From an uncultured Nitrospina sp. (GTDB taxonomy: Bacteria; Nitrospinota; Nitrospinia; Nitrospinales; VA-1), in contig CAZMXD010000002.1 in NCBI GenBank assembly GCA_964570185.1, positions 1 through 34,022 on the forward strand: 34,022 bases of DNA, given 5' to 3'. The notes under the pieces were generated by a model that was not told the origin of the DNA, ran no database searches, and saw only the letters and a list, made by a program, of their open reading frames with translations. A program made the position numbers and the translations under genes. Shown in pieces: positions 9,295-17,985 of the stretch (position 1 is its first letter; each line of letters starts with the position of its first letter).

Positions 9295-9807
9295 TTACAT
9301 TTGTAATAAAAAATCATCATCCATTTCCTCTTCAATATAATCTGGAAGTTGGGTTTTTGAATCCGTTTTAGACATGCTAATTTGGCTGGAGCTTAGCCCG
9401 GTTGCCCCTTCAAATAGAGCCCCCTTTATATTTGTCTGATTAAAAATGGTTCCCTCGTTAAATTGAGCCCCCTCTAATTTAGCGTTTTCCAAGTCTGTAA
9501 ATTGGAGGTTTGACTCCAATAATCCCGCTCCTGAAAGATTAGCATTTTTCAATTTAGCACTTTGTAAATTGGTTTCTAGCAGTTTAGCTTTACTCAAGTC
9601 TGCTTTTTCAAGGTTAGCTTCATATAAATTAGAGTATTGAAGTTTTGTTTCCTTCAAGTTGGCATTGTTTAGATTTATTTTTTGAAGCTTATATCCGCGA
9701 ATATCCGCATTAGAAAGATCGGGAATTTCATTGGGGTTTTCCTCTCTCCACTTATTCCAAGCGTCGACCCCTTGCTTAATTCTCTTTAAATGTTCTTCAA
9801 TTGCCAT
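9295..9807 (-). CDS. Pentapeptide repeat protein
   Basis: EHLKRIKQGVDAWNKWR N-cap typical of the family; ANLxx repeats; GGGG RBS. Confidence 0.92.
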   Translation of the reverse strand: MAIEEHLKRIKQGVDAWNKWREENPNEIPDLSNADIRGYKLQKINLNNANLKETKLQYSNLYEANLEKADLSKAKLLETNLQSAKLKNANLSGAGLLESNLQFTDLENAKLEGAQFNEGTIFNQTNIKGALFEGATGLSSSQISMSKTDSKTQLPDYIEEEMDDDFLLQM

Positions 9808-10136
9808 TTTTGTTTCCCCGTTAAATTAAAATTCTAATGTTATTAAAAAAAATTCCTCAATATTGAGGTTTTAGATTTTAAAGTTTTTTTTTAAAAGTGC
9901 GTGATTTACCTTTTCTCCATTAAAACTTCCATCTAATGAGCATTGAAGAACGTGGCACCTGGCGTATATATTGCGAGGAAAAAGATCTGGTTTCCTGCTT
10001 ATTCGCAATATTTTCGCATGCTGGAAGTGAGGGAGCTACGATAATTTTAAGATTAATCCCAATAATGAGCGTAAATTTAAATCAGCCAAAAAGGTTTTTT
10101 TTCGGGATTTGCCGCATTGGATGAGAATTTCTCTTT

Positions 10137-10268
10137 TTAATCCATAAAAAATTCCATATATATCATCCAGCCAATTACTGATAGGATAAGCACCGTATAG
10201 CCTGTATGAACCCAGATAGTAAAAATTATACTCTCCTTGCGTTTTTCCTGAGTCTTTTTTTTCTTCAT
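10137..10268 (-). CDS. Small 43-aa single-pass membrane protein (not in the ORF track)
   Basis: Manual translation MKKKKTQEKRKESIIFTIWVHTGYTVLILSVIGWMIYMEFFMD: basic N-terminus then a hydrophobic helix. Confidence 0.55.
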   Translation of the reverse strand: MKKKKTQEKRKESIIFTIWVHTGYTVLILSVIGWMIYMEFFMD

Positions 10269-10464
10269 TTATTGCTCTTTCAGACCGTAATAATAATAGT
10301 AGTTAAAATAGATAACCACTGGCAAATTATAGCTTTTCAAGGAATTGAAAAGAGAAAATTAATGTCCCTGAAATTCAGTAACTGCTAGTTTTTTATTCCT
10401 ATTCGCATGGCGAATTGTTTTTGGCTTTAAATGAGAATAACATAATTTCTATTTTCCCTGACGA

Positions 10465-11616
10465 ATGAAAAATATATCAAAATTTCTAATAACTTTTATT
10501 TTGCTGAGCCAACCTGCTCACGCAAATGACGTTGAAGAAGGCTTAAAGGCATTAAAACGAGGAGATTATAAAACCGCTTTCAAAAAATGGAAACCCATGG
10601 CTGAAAAGGGAAACAGTAATGCTCAATTTAACTTGGGTTTGATGTATGACAGAGGGGATGGGGTCGGACAAAGCTTTTCCAAGGCGATCAAATGGTACCG
10701 ATTCGCCGCCAAACAGAAAAATGTAGGCGCACAATTTAATCTTGGGCTGATGTACTACAACGGGGAAGGAGTTGGCAAAAATTATGAGAAAGCCCTTAAG
10801 TGGTTTTTATATGCAGCCGCGCAGGGAAACATTGGTGCTCAGTACAATCTTGGTTGGATGTTTGAAAAAGGTGAGGGGACCAAACCCAACCACAAAAGAG
10901 CGATAAAATGGTACAGGCTTGCCGCTAAAAATGGAAATTCCTTGGCACAATACAATCTGGGCTTGATTTATGAGAAGGGCGAAAGGATCCGTCGGAACTT
11001 TGCAAAAGCTTTTAAATGGTATTTAAAAGCGGGCAATCTTGGAAACGCAGAAGCCCAACTAAAACTGGCTCAAATTTATGACCGAGGTAACGATAATGTT
11101 AAAAAAGATATCAAAAAAGCAATCAAGTGGTACGTATCTAGTGCCAAACAAGGCAAGGTTCAAGCGCAGTTAAGGCTTGCAAAGATTTATGAAAAAGGGT
11201 CCTGGATTGAAAAGAATTTTTATCACGCCGTCAAATGGTATAAAGCCGCTGCGGATAAAGGCAGTTTGGAAGCGCAATCTCGTTTGGGGTTGCACTATAT
11301 CCATGGAAAAGGGGTTAAAAAAAACTTCACAAAAGCCATTTACTGGTTTCATAAAGCCGCAAAAAGGGGGGATCCTAAGGCTCAATATAATCTGGGTCTT
11401 TTGTATGAAAAAGGGGATGGAGTCTCAAAGAATCTCAGAAAAGCAGTGAAATGGTACCTTATGGCCGCCGAACAAGACCATAAAAAAGCACAGGCAAATC
11501 TGGGTTGGATGTATGTAAACGGAATGGGTGTTAAAGAGGATTTTGATGCGGCCGCTAAATGGTACAAAAGATCTGAAGGTCTGCGAAAATATTCTAATAA
11601 AAAACACTTCAATTAA
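10465..11616 (+). CDS. Secreted Sel1-like repeat protein
   Basis: Signal peptide ending AHA; about 9 repeats of AQ(F/Y)NLG.MY..G.GV....KA.KWY..AA..G. Confidence 0.95.
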   Translation: MKNISKFLITFILLSQPAHANDVEEGLKALKRGDYKTAFKKWKPMAEKGNSNAQFNLGLMYDRGDGVGQSFSKAIKWYRFAAKQKNVGAQFNLGLMYYNGEGVGKNYEKALKWFLYAAAQGNIGAQYNLGWMFEKGEGTKPNHKRAIKWYRLAAKNGNSLAQYNLGLIYEKGERIRRNFAKAFKWYLKAGNLGNAEAQLKLAQIYDRGNDNVKKDIKKAIKWYVSSAKQGKVQAQLRLAKIYEKGSWIEKNFYHAVKWYKAAADKGSLEAQSRLGLHYIHGKGVKKNFTKAIYWFHKAAKRGDPKAQYNLGLLYEKGDGVSKNLRKAVKWYLMAAEQDHKKAQANLGWMYVNGMGVKEDFDAAAKWYKRSEGLRKYSNKKHFN

Positions 11617-11788
11617 ATAATTCTCAAATCAACTACCCGCGAACGTCTGCAATAATTTTGAAAATAGAACCAGGAAAAAATTATCCTCTTAGCCATTAGA
11701 TTATATCTACGGGACCAATCAGCCTAAAAGAATTTATATTAAAGCTATAAATTTCAATACCTTATGAAATATCCGCGCATTGTTAATT

Positions 11789-11804
11789 TGGCATGAACTT
11801 TGCT
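11789..11804 (+). promoter_or_regulatory. Sigma54 (-24/-12) promoter
   Basis: TGGCATGAACTTTGCT: GG-N10-GC spacing and a close match to TGGCACG-N4-TTGCW; about 50 nt upstream of ATG 11855. Confidence 0.75.
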
Positions 11805-11854
11805 TTATATTGGATTGCCAGCAAATTGCGTCAAAATTCAACCGTGGAGGATTT

Positions 11855-12004
11855 ATGAAAAATTGTACTGTTGATGAGTTTTTAACTCAGATGTTCAGGG
11901 ACACCGCAGAAAAAAGTGGGTGGAATATTTACCGTAAAGGCAGGAAATGGGTTCCGCCTGTTAAAAGGCGAAAATCATCCGCAAAAGTAAAAAGTTTCAA
12001 TTGA
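11855..12004 (+). CDS. Small 49-aa basic hypothetical protein
   Basis: GGAGG RBS at 11846-11850; MKNCTVDEFLTQMFRDTAEKSGWNIYRKGRKWVPPVKRRKSSAKVKSFN. Confidence 0.65.
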   Translation: MKNCTVDEFLTQMFRDTAEKSGWNIYRKGRKWVPPVKRRKSSAKVKSFN

Positions 12005-12020
12005 ATTTTGAGGAATTAAT

Positions 12021-12269
12021 ATGAACGAAAGAACAACGGTTGCTAAATTAGAAGACTTAGGTATTCAGCCAGAAACAATTGAGCAAGAAACCTGGCTGGA
12101 TTGTATTGCTGAAGGGATTGATGAACTACCCGTACAAAAACGTTTGATTATTTCATTGTATTACTATGAAGGCTTAACGATAAAAGAAATTGCCCTTGTT
12201 CTTGAAATGCCAGAGTCCGAGGTTTCCAAAATCCATTACAACACCGTTTTAGAACTTTTAAAAAGATAA
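12021..12269 (+). CDS. Stand-alone sigma-70 region 4 domain protein, FliA/sigma28-like
   Basis: IAEGIDELP..KRLIISLYYYEGLTIKEIALVLEMPESEVSKIH aligns with the FliA/SigD C-terminus; own GAGGA RBS; no sigma region 2. Confidence 0.85.
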   Translation: MNERTTVAKLEDLGIQPETIEQETWLDCIAEGIDELPVQKRLIISLYYYEGLTIKEIALVLEMPESEVSKIHYNTVLELLKR

Positions 12270-12521
12270 CAGAGGGAGCTCAAGCCTGTTTAGTTTGGGT
12301 TTCTCTCATCTTATAATTTTCTGATTATATTTGTTATTAATTTTTCCCCGCGTTGAAGTTTACAACTCCTTATAAATATTAAGATACACCCTGGCTATCC
12401 AAAACAACCTGCCAGACTTCTATAATAAAAAAAATAATCAGCCATCCTCTTTTCTAAATCGCTTTTTTGCAGTATAAATAACTCGTATATCTTATCCTTT
12501 TAGATTTGTCTTACAAAACCA

Positions 12522-13403
12522 ATGAGAGAAACAAACGAAAAACCCTGGGCCGGAATAGGTGTTGCGGTGAATAGAAGTTTATCTAGCCGCGAAATGCTTT
12601 ATAAAGCCAAGTTAGACTGGGAAGTCTCCAAAATTCCATCACAAAGGCCCAAATCGCACTCGAATCAGGAGACCTTTCGTTTTTATAAAGCATATTTTGA
12701 TGCCGGAAATGCGGAGATCGAAACGGTTGGCAGTTTGGATGGCGCTCGAATTATTTGGGCTCTTGCCAGGTTAAACCAAAATTTTATTCTACCAGGGGAT
12801 GATGAGTTGCAAGGATATATCCTCCTTGCTTCTCGTCATGAGGACAGAGAGAAAATTGAAATACAATTCTTGACCGTTAGATCCGTATGCAACAGTATGC
12901 TGAAGATATCTTCTACGGCAAGACCGACGGTTAAAAACTCCTTTAGGCGAGTATTTAAACCTACCCTTCCTTTTTTGTCTGAGTCCGCATTGGAGTTTGA
13001 CGAGGATATGATTCAAAAAACAAAAGAAACCCATGAGAAAGGCAGGTCCGCAATATCAAAATTCTCCAAAGATGCGCAGAGACTTGTTGATAAAAAAGTA
13101 AACGAAAAAATCGCCGAAGATTATATGGTAGAGGTTTTCGAGCCAGATATTTTAAAAGATGCAGGCGGGGAGGCTAAAGAGAAGGCAAAAGTTCATACGC
13201 GGTCCGCATTGGATGCCTTTGGCTCAGCACCCGGACAGAATTTGGAATCGACGCGAATGACAGCTTGGGGACTACTGACAGCGGTGACTTATACGGCGGA
13301 TGGTATCGGCAAAACCGCGGATTCTAGATTGAGACAGTCTTGGTTTGGGCCTAACGCAAAAATCAAAAAACGAGCATTGGAATTGGCGCTAAAATTAATA
13401 TAA
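12522..13403 (+). CDS. DUF932/DUF945 family protein (phage/plasmid-like, TIGR03299-type)
   Basis: KPWAGIG, A.LDWEV, ETVGSLDGARIIWALA, VRSVCN, TAWGLLTAVT, RL.QSWFG....IK.RA. Confidence 0.8.
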   Translation: MRETNEKPWAGIGVAVNRSLSSREMLYKAKLDWEVSKIPSQRPKSHSNQETFRFYKAYFDAGNAEIETVGSLDGARIIWALARLNQNFILPGDDELQGYILLASRHEDREKIEIQFLTVRSVCNSMLKISSTARPTVKNSFRRVFKPTLPFLSESALEFDEDMIQKTKETHEKGRSAISKFSKDAQRLVDKKVNEKIAEDYMVEVFEPDILKDAGGEAKEKAKVHTRSALDAFGSAPGQNLESTRMTAWGLLTAVTYTADGIGKTADSRLRQSWFGPNAKIKKRALELALKLI

Positions 13404-13411
13404 TTTTCAGA

Positions 13412-14062
13412 TCATCGATAAGGCAGGCCCCAGGAAAAGGACCCTATTTTAGGGCTTTCCACCACAATTCTGTCACCGGGCTTGAGGCAAGCAACCCCCG
13501 CGGGTGTTCCTGTGTATATAATATCTCCGGGTTTTAACATCCACCAACCACTTAGGATGTGAATTAGTTTTGCGACAGGGAAAATCATTTCCCGGGTATT
13601 ACCATTTTGGCGGAGATCACCATTGACGGAACAGGAGAAGGGCAGGTTGTCCAGGTCTATATCCTGGTATTTTTTAAAAATACCCAGAGGAGCACTACCA
13701 TCAAAAGACTTTGCGCGCTCCCACGGTAGTCCCTTCAGTTTTAATTCTTTTTGAATGTCACGCAGAGTCAAGTCCAGTCCCAGAGTTATGTCGGATATGT
13801 AAGATAAGGCTTGGGATTCAGGAATATTATTACCCTCTTTGCCTATTAATAATACAACTTCGACTTCGTGGTGAAGTTCCTTTCCATAGGGTGGAGGACA
13901 AATATTACCCGGGGCTACGATGCTGCACAAAGGTTTCATAAACACGACAGGCTCATCCGGAATCTGCTTACCACCTAATTCCTTGATGTGTTTATCATAG
14001 TTTTTTCCGATACAAAAAATTCGGTTGGGTTTTATTGTCTTATGGTGGACAAAAAAATTCAC
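13412..14062 (-). CDS. Fumarylacetoacetate hydrolase family protein (YcgM/FAHD1-like)
   Basis: IFCIGKNY.KHIKEL, PVVFMKP, LHHEVE, GLDLTLRD.Q, PWERAKSFD, PGDIIYTGTPAGV. Confidence 0.93.
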   Translation of the reverse strand: MNFFVHHKTIKPNRIFCIGKNYDKHIKELGGKQIPDEPVVFMKPLCSIVAPGNICPPPYGKELHHEVEVVLLIGKEGNNIPESQALSYISDITLGLDLTLRDIQKELKLKGLPWERAKSFDGSAPLGIFKKYQDIDLDNLPFSCSVNGDLRQNGNTREMIFPVAKLIHILSGWWMLKPGDIIYTGTPAGVACLKPGDRIVVESPKIGSFSWGLPYR

Positions 14063-14183
14063 AGGTTGATTCCTTTAAACACAAATTTATTGGAATTCAT
14101 TAATACCCTCTAAAAACTGCGGCTTGAATTAATGGTATTGTTCGGTTAACCTTCGTATTCGCAATAATATCACGAATAGAAAG

Positions 14184-15590
14184 ATGATCCGGACTACATT
14201 GATTGGGCATGCTTGCCTTTACATACAATCCAAGGAAACTAATATACTTACCGATCCTGTTTGGTTCGATTATCTTTGGGAGGAAATTAACGTCCTATGT
14301 CCCAGTATTGTGCTTGAAAAGGATAAGGTTCCACCTTTGGACGTCCTCAATATTTCACACCGGCATCAAGACCATTTTGATGTTCGAACTTTGGCTTATC
14401 TTGTACAGAACGACAGAATAATTACACCCGATACGATTGTTTTGGCTCCTAAAGATGACCTCCTTTTAGGTATTCTCGATGAACTGGAGTTTAAGAATGT
14501 AAAGGTCGTTGCAGATTTTGAACAGATTCAGGTCAAGGATGTGACTTTGACTCCGACTCCTTCGCGAAATCAAATCAGCACGGCGGAAGATGATTTTCCT
14601 GAGCATGGACTTTTGGTCAACGATGGCGAAGTGACCATTTGGAATCAAGTGGATTCTCAGGTCAACCCGGATATTATCCAACGCATAGTAGAGTTGTATG
14701 GCCATATTGACTTTTTTCATTCCCGGTTTGTTCCACTTTTGGAAGGCAATTTTTCTTACAATAAACCTCTCGCCCTACCTTTTGATGAATATTGTACCTA
14801 TCTAAATGTGGTGCGGGCACTTTCTCCAAGAATGGTTGTTCCCGGTTCTGCTGCATTCCGTTATAGAGACGAATTAAATTTTTTAAACCAGTATTCATTT
14901 CCCACAACCCAGGAACAGTTTCTTCGAGATTTGAATGCTTTTTGTCCTGAGGTACCTAGTTCGCCATATTTTTCCGGAGATGTTGCGTATATAACAAAAG
15001 ATCAGATTGAAATAAAAAAACAAGATTCTAATTTTGTGCGGGTCAAAGAGGACGATAGCCAAAAAATTATATTTAAGCCTGGAGCACCCGTTCCTTCAAT
15101 AAAGACTCAAACCACGGACCCTCTTGATTACGATAAGGAAATGAAGGGGGTGAAAGCTTTCATTGAAAACAGTTTCCTGGATCGGTTACTAAAAAGTGAA
15201 CTGCTGGGAGGTTGGCAGCATTGGCAGATCGTATACCAAATTGAAGTTTTTGGCCAGGAAGGATCGCAAATCTGGTCCATAGATTTTGCGCAACCCGGAT
15301 CTCCTAAACTTCATAAAGGTGACATTGGGAAAATAAACCTCTATGAAGGGATTTCATCTTCAGAGTTGTTCGCTTTGATAGAAGGAAATACCTCATGGGA
15401 CTATATTACCTTGTGTGGTAATTACCGAACCTTTAACAATATTTATCGGATAACCGAAGGAGGATTCGAACTCCCCCCTGAAGATAAATCGAACTATGCG
15501 CTAGAACCTCTAATGGATCTTTTTCCATGGGATAAAGATATGGATAAAAGAAAATTTATGCGGGACGTCCATCGTTGGAAAGGAAAGTAA
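14184..15590 (+). CDS. MBL-fold metallo-hydrolase (UlaG/CMAH-like) with a long C-terminal extension
   Basis: GHAC, ILTDP, ISHRHQDHFD (HxHxDH). Confidence 0.8.
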   Translation: MIRTTLIGHACLYIQSKETNILTDPVWFDYLWEEINVLCPSIVLEKDKVPPLDVLNISHRHQDHFDVRTLAYLVQNDRIITPDTIVLAPKDDLLLGILDELEFKNVKVVADFEQIQVKDVTLTPTPSRNQISTAEDDFPEHGLLVNDGEVTIWNQVDSQVNPDIIQRIVELYGHIDFFHSRFVPLLEGNFSYNKPLALPFDEYCTYLNVVRALSPRMVVPGSAAFRYRDELNFLNQYSFPTTQEQFLRDLNAFCPEVPSSPYFSGDVAYITKDQIEIKKQDSNFVRVKEDDSQKIIFKPGAPVPSIKTQTTDPLDYDKEMKGVKAFIENSFLDRLLKSELLGGWQHWQIVYQIEVFGQEGSQIWSIDFAQPGSPKLHKGDIGKINLYEGISSSELFALIEGNTSWDYITLCGNYRTFNNIYRITEGGFELPPEDKSNYALEPLMDLFPWDKDMDKRKFMRDVHRWKGK

Positions 15591-15603
15591 TTTTTATATT
15601 TTT

Positions 15604-16434
15604 TTACCCCACACGCCCTATGAAAAATGGATTATGATTTTTCTCTTGTCCCACCGTAGTTGCCGGCCCGTGGCCTGGGTAAATGCCGATGTTATCTGGT
15701 AGCTGTAAAACTTTTTCTGTGATGGAATTAAACAAGTCGCTCCAGGAAGAGTTGGCTCGTCCCATTGATCCCGCAAAAATCACGTCTCCTGAAAGTAAGG
15801 TTTGGTTTATTAGGTAAGAGACACCTCCAGTCGTATGGCCCGGAGTTTCTATACATCGGATTATCAATTTGCCAAGTTTCAATTCATCTCCGTCCTTCAC
15901 AACTTTAAAATTGTTACTCCCTCTTGGTCTGGGTTCCTTGTGATCAATGTAGGTAGGACAATCAAAAGCACTGCTAAGCTCTCCCAAACCACCGGCATGA
16001 TCTGGATGAGCATGGGTTAATAGAATCATGCTAGGGTAAACGCTCATTTCTTTGGCCTTGCTGATGATCTTTTTTGGGTTGGCTCCGGTATCCACAACCG
16101 CGGTCTCATGCGTTTCTTTACAGCGAAGTAAATAGCAATTTACTGGATACTCTCCCATAAAAACATTTAGACAAACCAGATCAAAATCGGGATCACTGCT
16201 AGGTGGTTCAGGTATCCACCGCTCTTGAGCAATTTCTATCAGGGCGGGCCCGTCTAAATCTAAAGTTTTCGCAAGTTTTTCTATTACCGGATTCTCGGGC
16301 GTCAACTGATAGCTTTCTATACGCCGGATGTCTTCGCCTGAAATGTCCGCTGCCTTTACAAGGTCTTCCTGCGACCACATTTTTCCGTCCCGGGCCTTTT
16401 GTAAAATATCTCCCAATTCATCTTCCAGTGGCAT
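15604..16434 (-). CDS. XRE-type HTH fused to a glyoxalase II-like MBL-fold hydrolase
   Basis: N-terminal LGDILQKAR....SQEDL..AADIS...IRRIES; then VVDTG, THAHPDH, TPGHT, GDVIFAGSMG, YPGHGP. Confidence 0.88.
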   Translation of the reverse strand: MPLEDELGDILQKARDGKMWSQEDLVKAADISGEDIRRIESYQLTPENPVIEKLAKTLDLDGPALIEIAQERWIPEPPSSDPDFDLVCLNVFMGEYPVNCYLLRCKETHETAVVDTGANPKKIISKAKEMSVYPSMILLTHAHPDHAGGLGELSSAFDCPTYIDHKEPRPRGSNNFKVVKDGDELKLGKLIIRCIETPGHTTGGVSYLINQTLLSGDVIFAGSMGRANSSWSDLFNSITEKVLQLPDNIGIYPGHGPATTVGQEKNHNPFFIGRVG

Positions 16435-16478
16435 TGCTTTATTCTCCTTAAGACAAAAAAAGTACCGTAATCAAAATT

Positions 16479-17372
16479 CTATTTTTTTCTATCCTTAAAT
16501 ACCAATTCTGCCACACCTGATTTGTCAAGTGCACCTTTACCTACTTCAACGAGACGCTGGTATTGATTGAAAGTAGCTTGAGCCAAAGGCAACTCTAATT
16601 CAGCTGATTTTGCAAGGCTGAGGGCGATTCCAGAATCTTTAGCTGCATGGGCGGCAGAGAAATAGCACTCATGATCACGATTTTCCATGTCTTCGCCGTC
16701 CGTTTCAAGAACGCGCGAAGCGGCACCTGTTTGACTAAAGACCTCACGAAGCATTTCCAGGTTAATCCCGAGGGCATTTCCAAGACCTAATCCTTCTGCT
16801 AACGCGGCAGTGTTACAGTTCATGACCATATTAACGAGTGCTTTGACTTTCGCGGCTTCACCGGCCTGGCCAATATAAAGAAGTTTTGAACTCAGCTCCT
16901 GAAGTATTGAACGAGACTGTTCAAAACTTGACCTTTTCCCTCCACACATAAGGTAGAGTGTTCCTTCCCGTGCCTGTGTAATGCTGCTCGCCATTAGGGC
17001 TTCGAGGTTGGTTCCACCATTTTGTTCGACAAGAGTTTCGGCGCTGATATGGGCTTCTGGACTGACCGTTGCAAAATTGATAAACAACCGGTCCTTTGCA
17101 TGGCAAAGCAGGCTTGAGGGACTGTCCTCAGCAAAAATCTGGGACATGGCCACATCATCGGTTACCACCGTAAGTACAACATCACTTAGTTCGGCAACTC
17201 GAGCTGGCGAAGATGCTGCTTCGCAGCATATTTCGTGCGCCAATGAATTAGCCTGATTAGAATTGCTATCGTGAAGTGCGGAGATAGTATAGCCCTTATC
17301 CTTGAGTCTTAGGACCATATTTTTTCCCATGCGGCCAACTCCCACAAAACCGATACGACTGTTTCCTGTCAT
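16479..17372 (-). CDS. NAD(P)-dependent beta-hydroxyacid dehydrogenase (3-hydroxyisobutyrate dehydrogenase family)
   Basis: IGFVGVGRMG Rossmann motif, GTLYLMCGG, catalytic Lys in AAKVKALVN, AAKD; start placed at ATG 17372. Confidence 0.9.
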   Translation of the reverse strand: MTGNSRIGFVGVGRMGKNMVLRLKDKGYTISALHDSNSNQANSLAHEICCEAASSPARVAELSDVVLTVVTDDVAMSQIFAEDSPSSLLCHAKDRLFINFATVSPEAHISAETLVEQNGGTNLEALMASSITQAREGTLYLMCGGKRSSFEQSRSILQELSSKLLYIGQAGEAAKVKALVNMVMNCNTAALAEGLGLGNALGINLEMLREVFSQTGAASRVLETDGEDMENRDHECYFSAAHAAKDSGIALSLAKSAELELPLAQATFNQYQRLVEVGKGALDKSGVAELVFKDRKK

Positions 17373-17643
17373 AATTTTAATTTTCCTTGAAAATGTGAGC
17401 GGGTTGAACAGATCCAACTATTTATACCAGAATGTGGAATTGAGTATATAGCATATATATGTGTTTGAATTGAACGGGTCTGAAAAATGCACCTGATTTA
17501 TTTTTTTATGAAATATCCAATGTAAAATTTATAAAGGACAGACTGGAAAAAATATCAAAGAGGCTGTTAGGTTGATTGTAATGTGGGAGTTTTATATAAT
17601 GGCCCTTAAAGCAAACTGTTTTTACTCTTTAAAGAGGTCCCTT

Positions 17644-17922
17644 TTGTTAGTAAAGAGAAATAATCAGTATTCAATGGTATGTAATGCCCGAGTGGCTGAG
17701 GACTGTTCAGAGAATGGTGAATGGTGCGACAGCGAGGAAGAAGCTCAGGAGTGGGTTGAGGAAGAATGCTGGATATTTTCAGGTGAGGGATGGTTTTGTA
17801 ATGAATGTAACTCCCATTTTATGAGAAACCTTTCACAAACACGACGCGACAAAGGTCTCGATTCATTGTTGCCCGATGGATGGGACGATGACCTTGAAGT
17901 TGGCATCAACACCGTAAGATAG
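17644..17922 (+). CDS. Small acidic Cys/Trp-rich hypothetical protein (possible zinc ribbon)
   Basis: GAGG at 17634-17637 before in-frame TTG 17644; C-x6-C ... WFCNEC. Confidence 0.6.
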   Translation: MLVKRNNQYSMVCNARVAEDCSENGEWCDSEEEAQEWVEEECWIFSGEGWFCNECNSHFMRNLSQTRRDKGLDSLLPDGWDDDLEVGINTVR

Positions 17923-17985
17923 CCCCCCGCCTAACCCTGGTAATTATTCTCAATATACAGATAGTTTTAAGGTTTCTAAAAACGA

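Noticed and set aside
10206-10388. 60-aa plus-strand ORF
   Set aside because: Overlaps the more plausible minus-strand 43-aa ORF; no RBS or motif
11780-11854. 74-aa version of the small ORF
   Set aside because: The TTG start lies upstream of the sigma54 promoter; GGAGG supports ATG 11855
12272-12307. Terminator after the sigma region-4 gene
   Set aside because: Stem depends heavily on G-U pairs and has no clear U-tract
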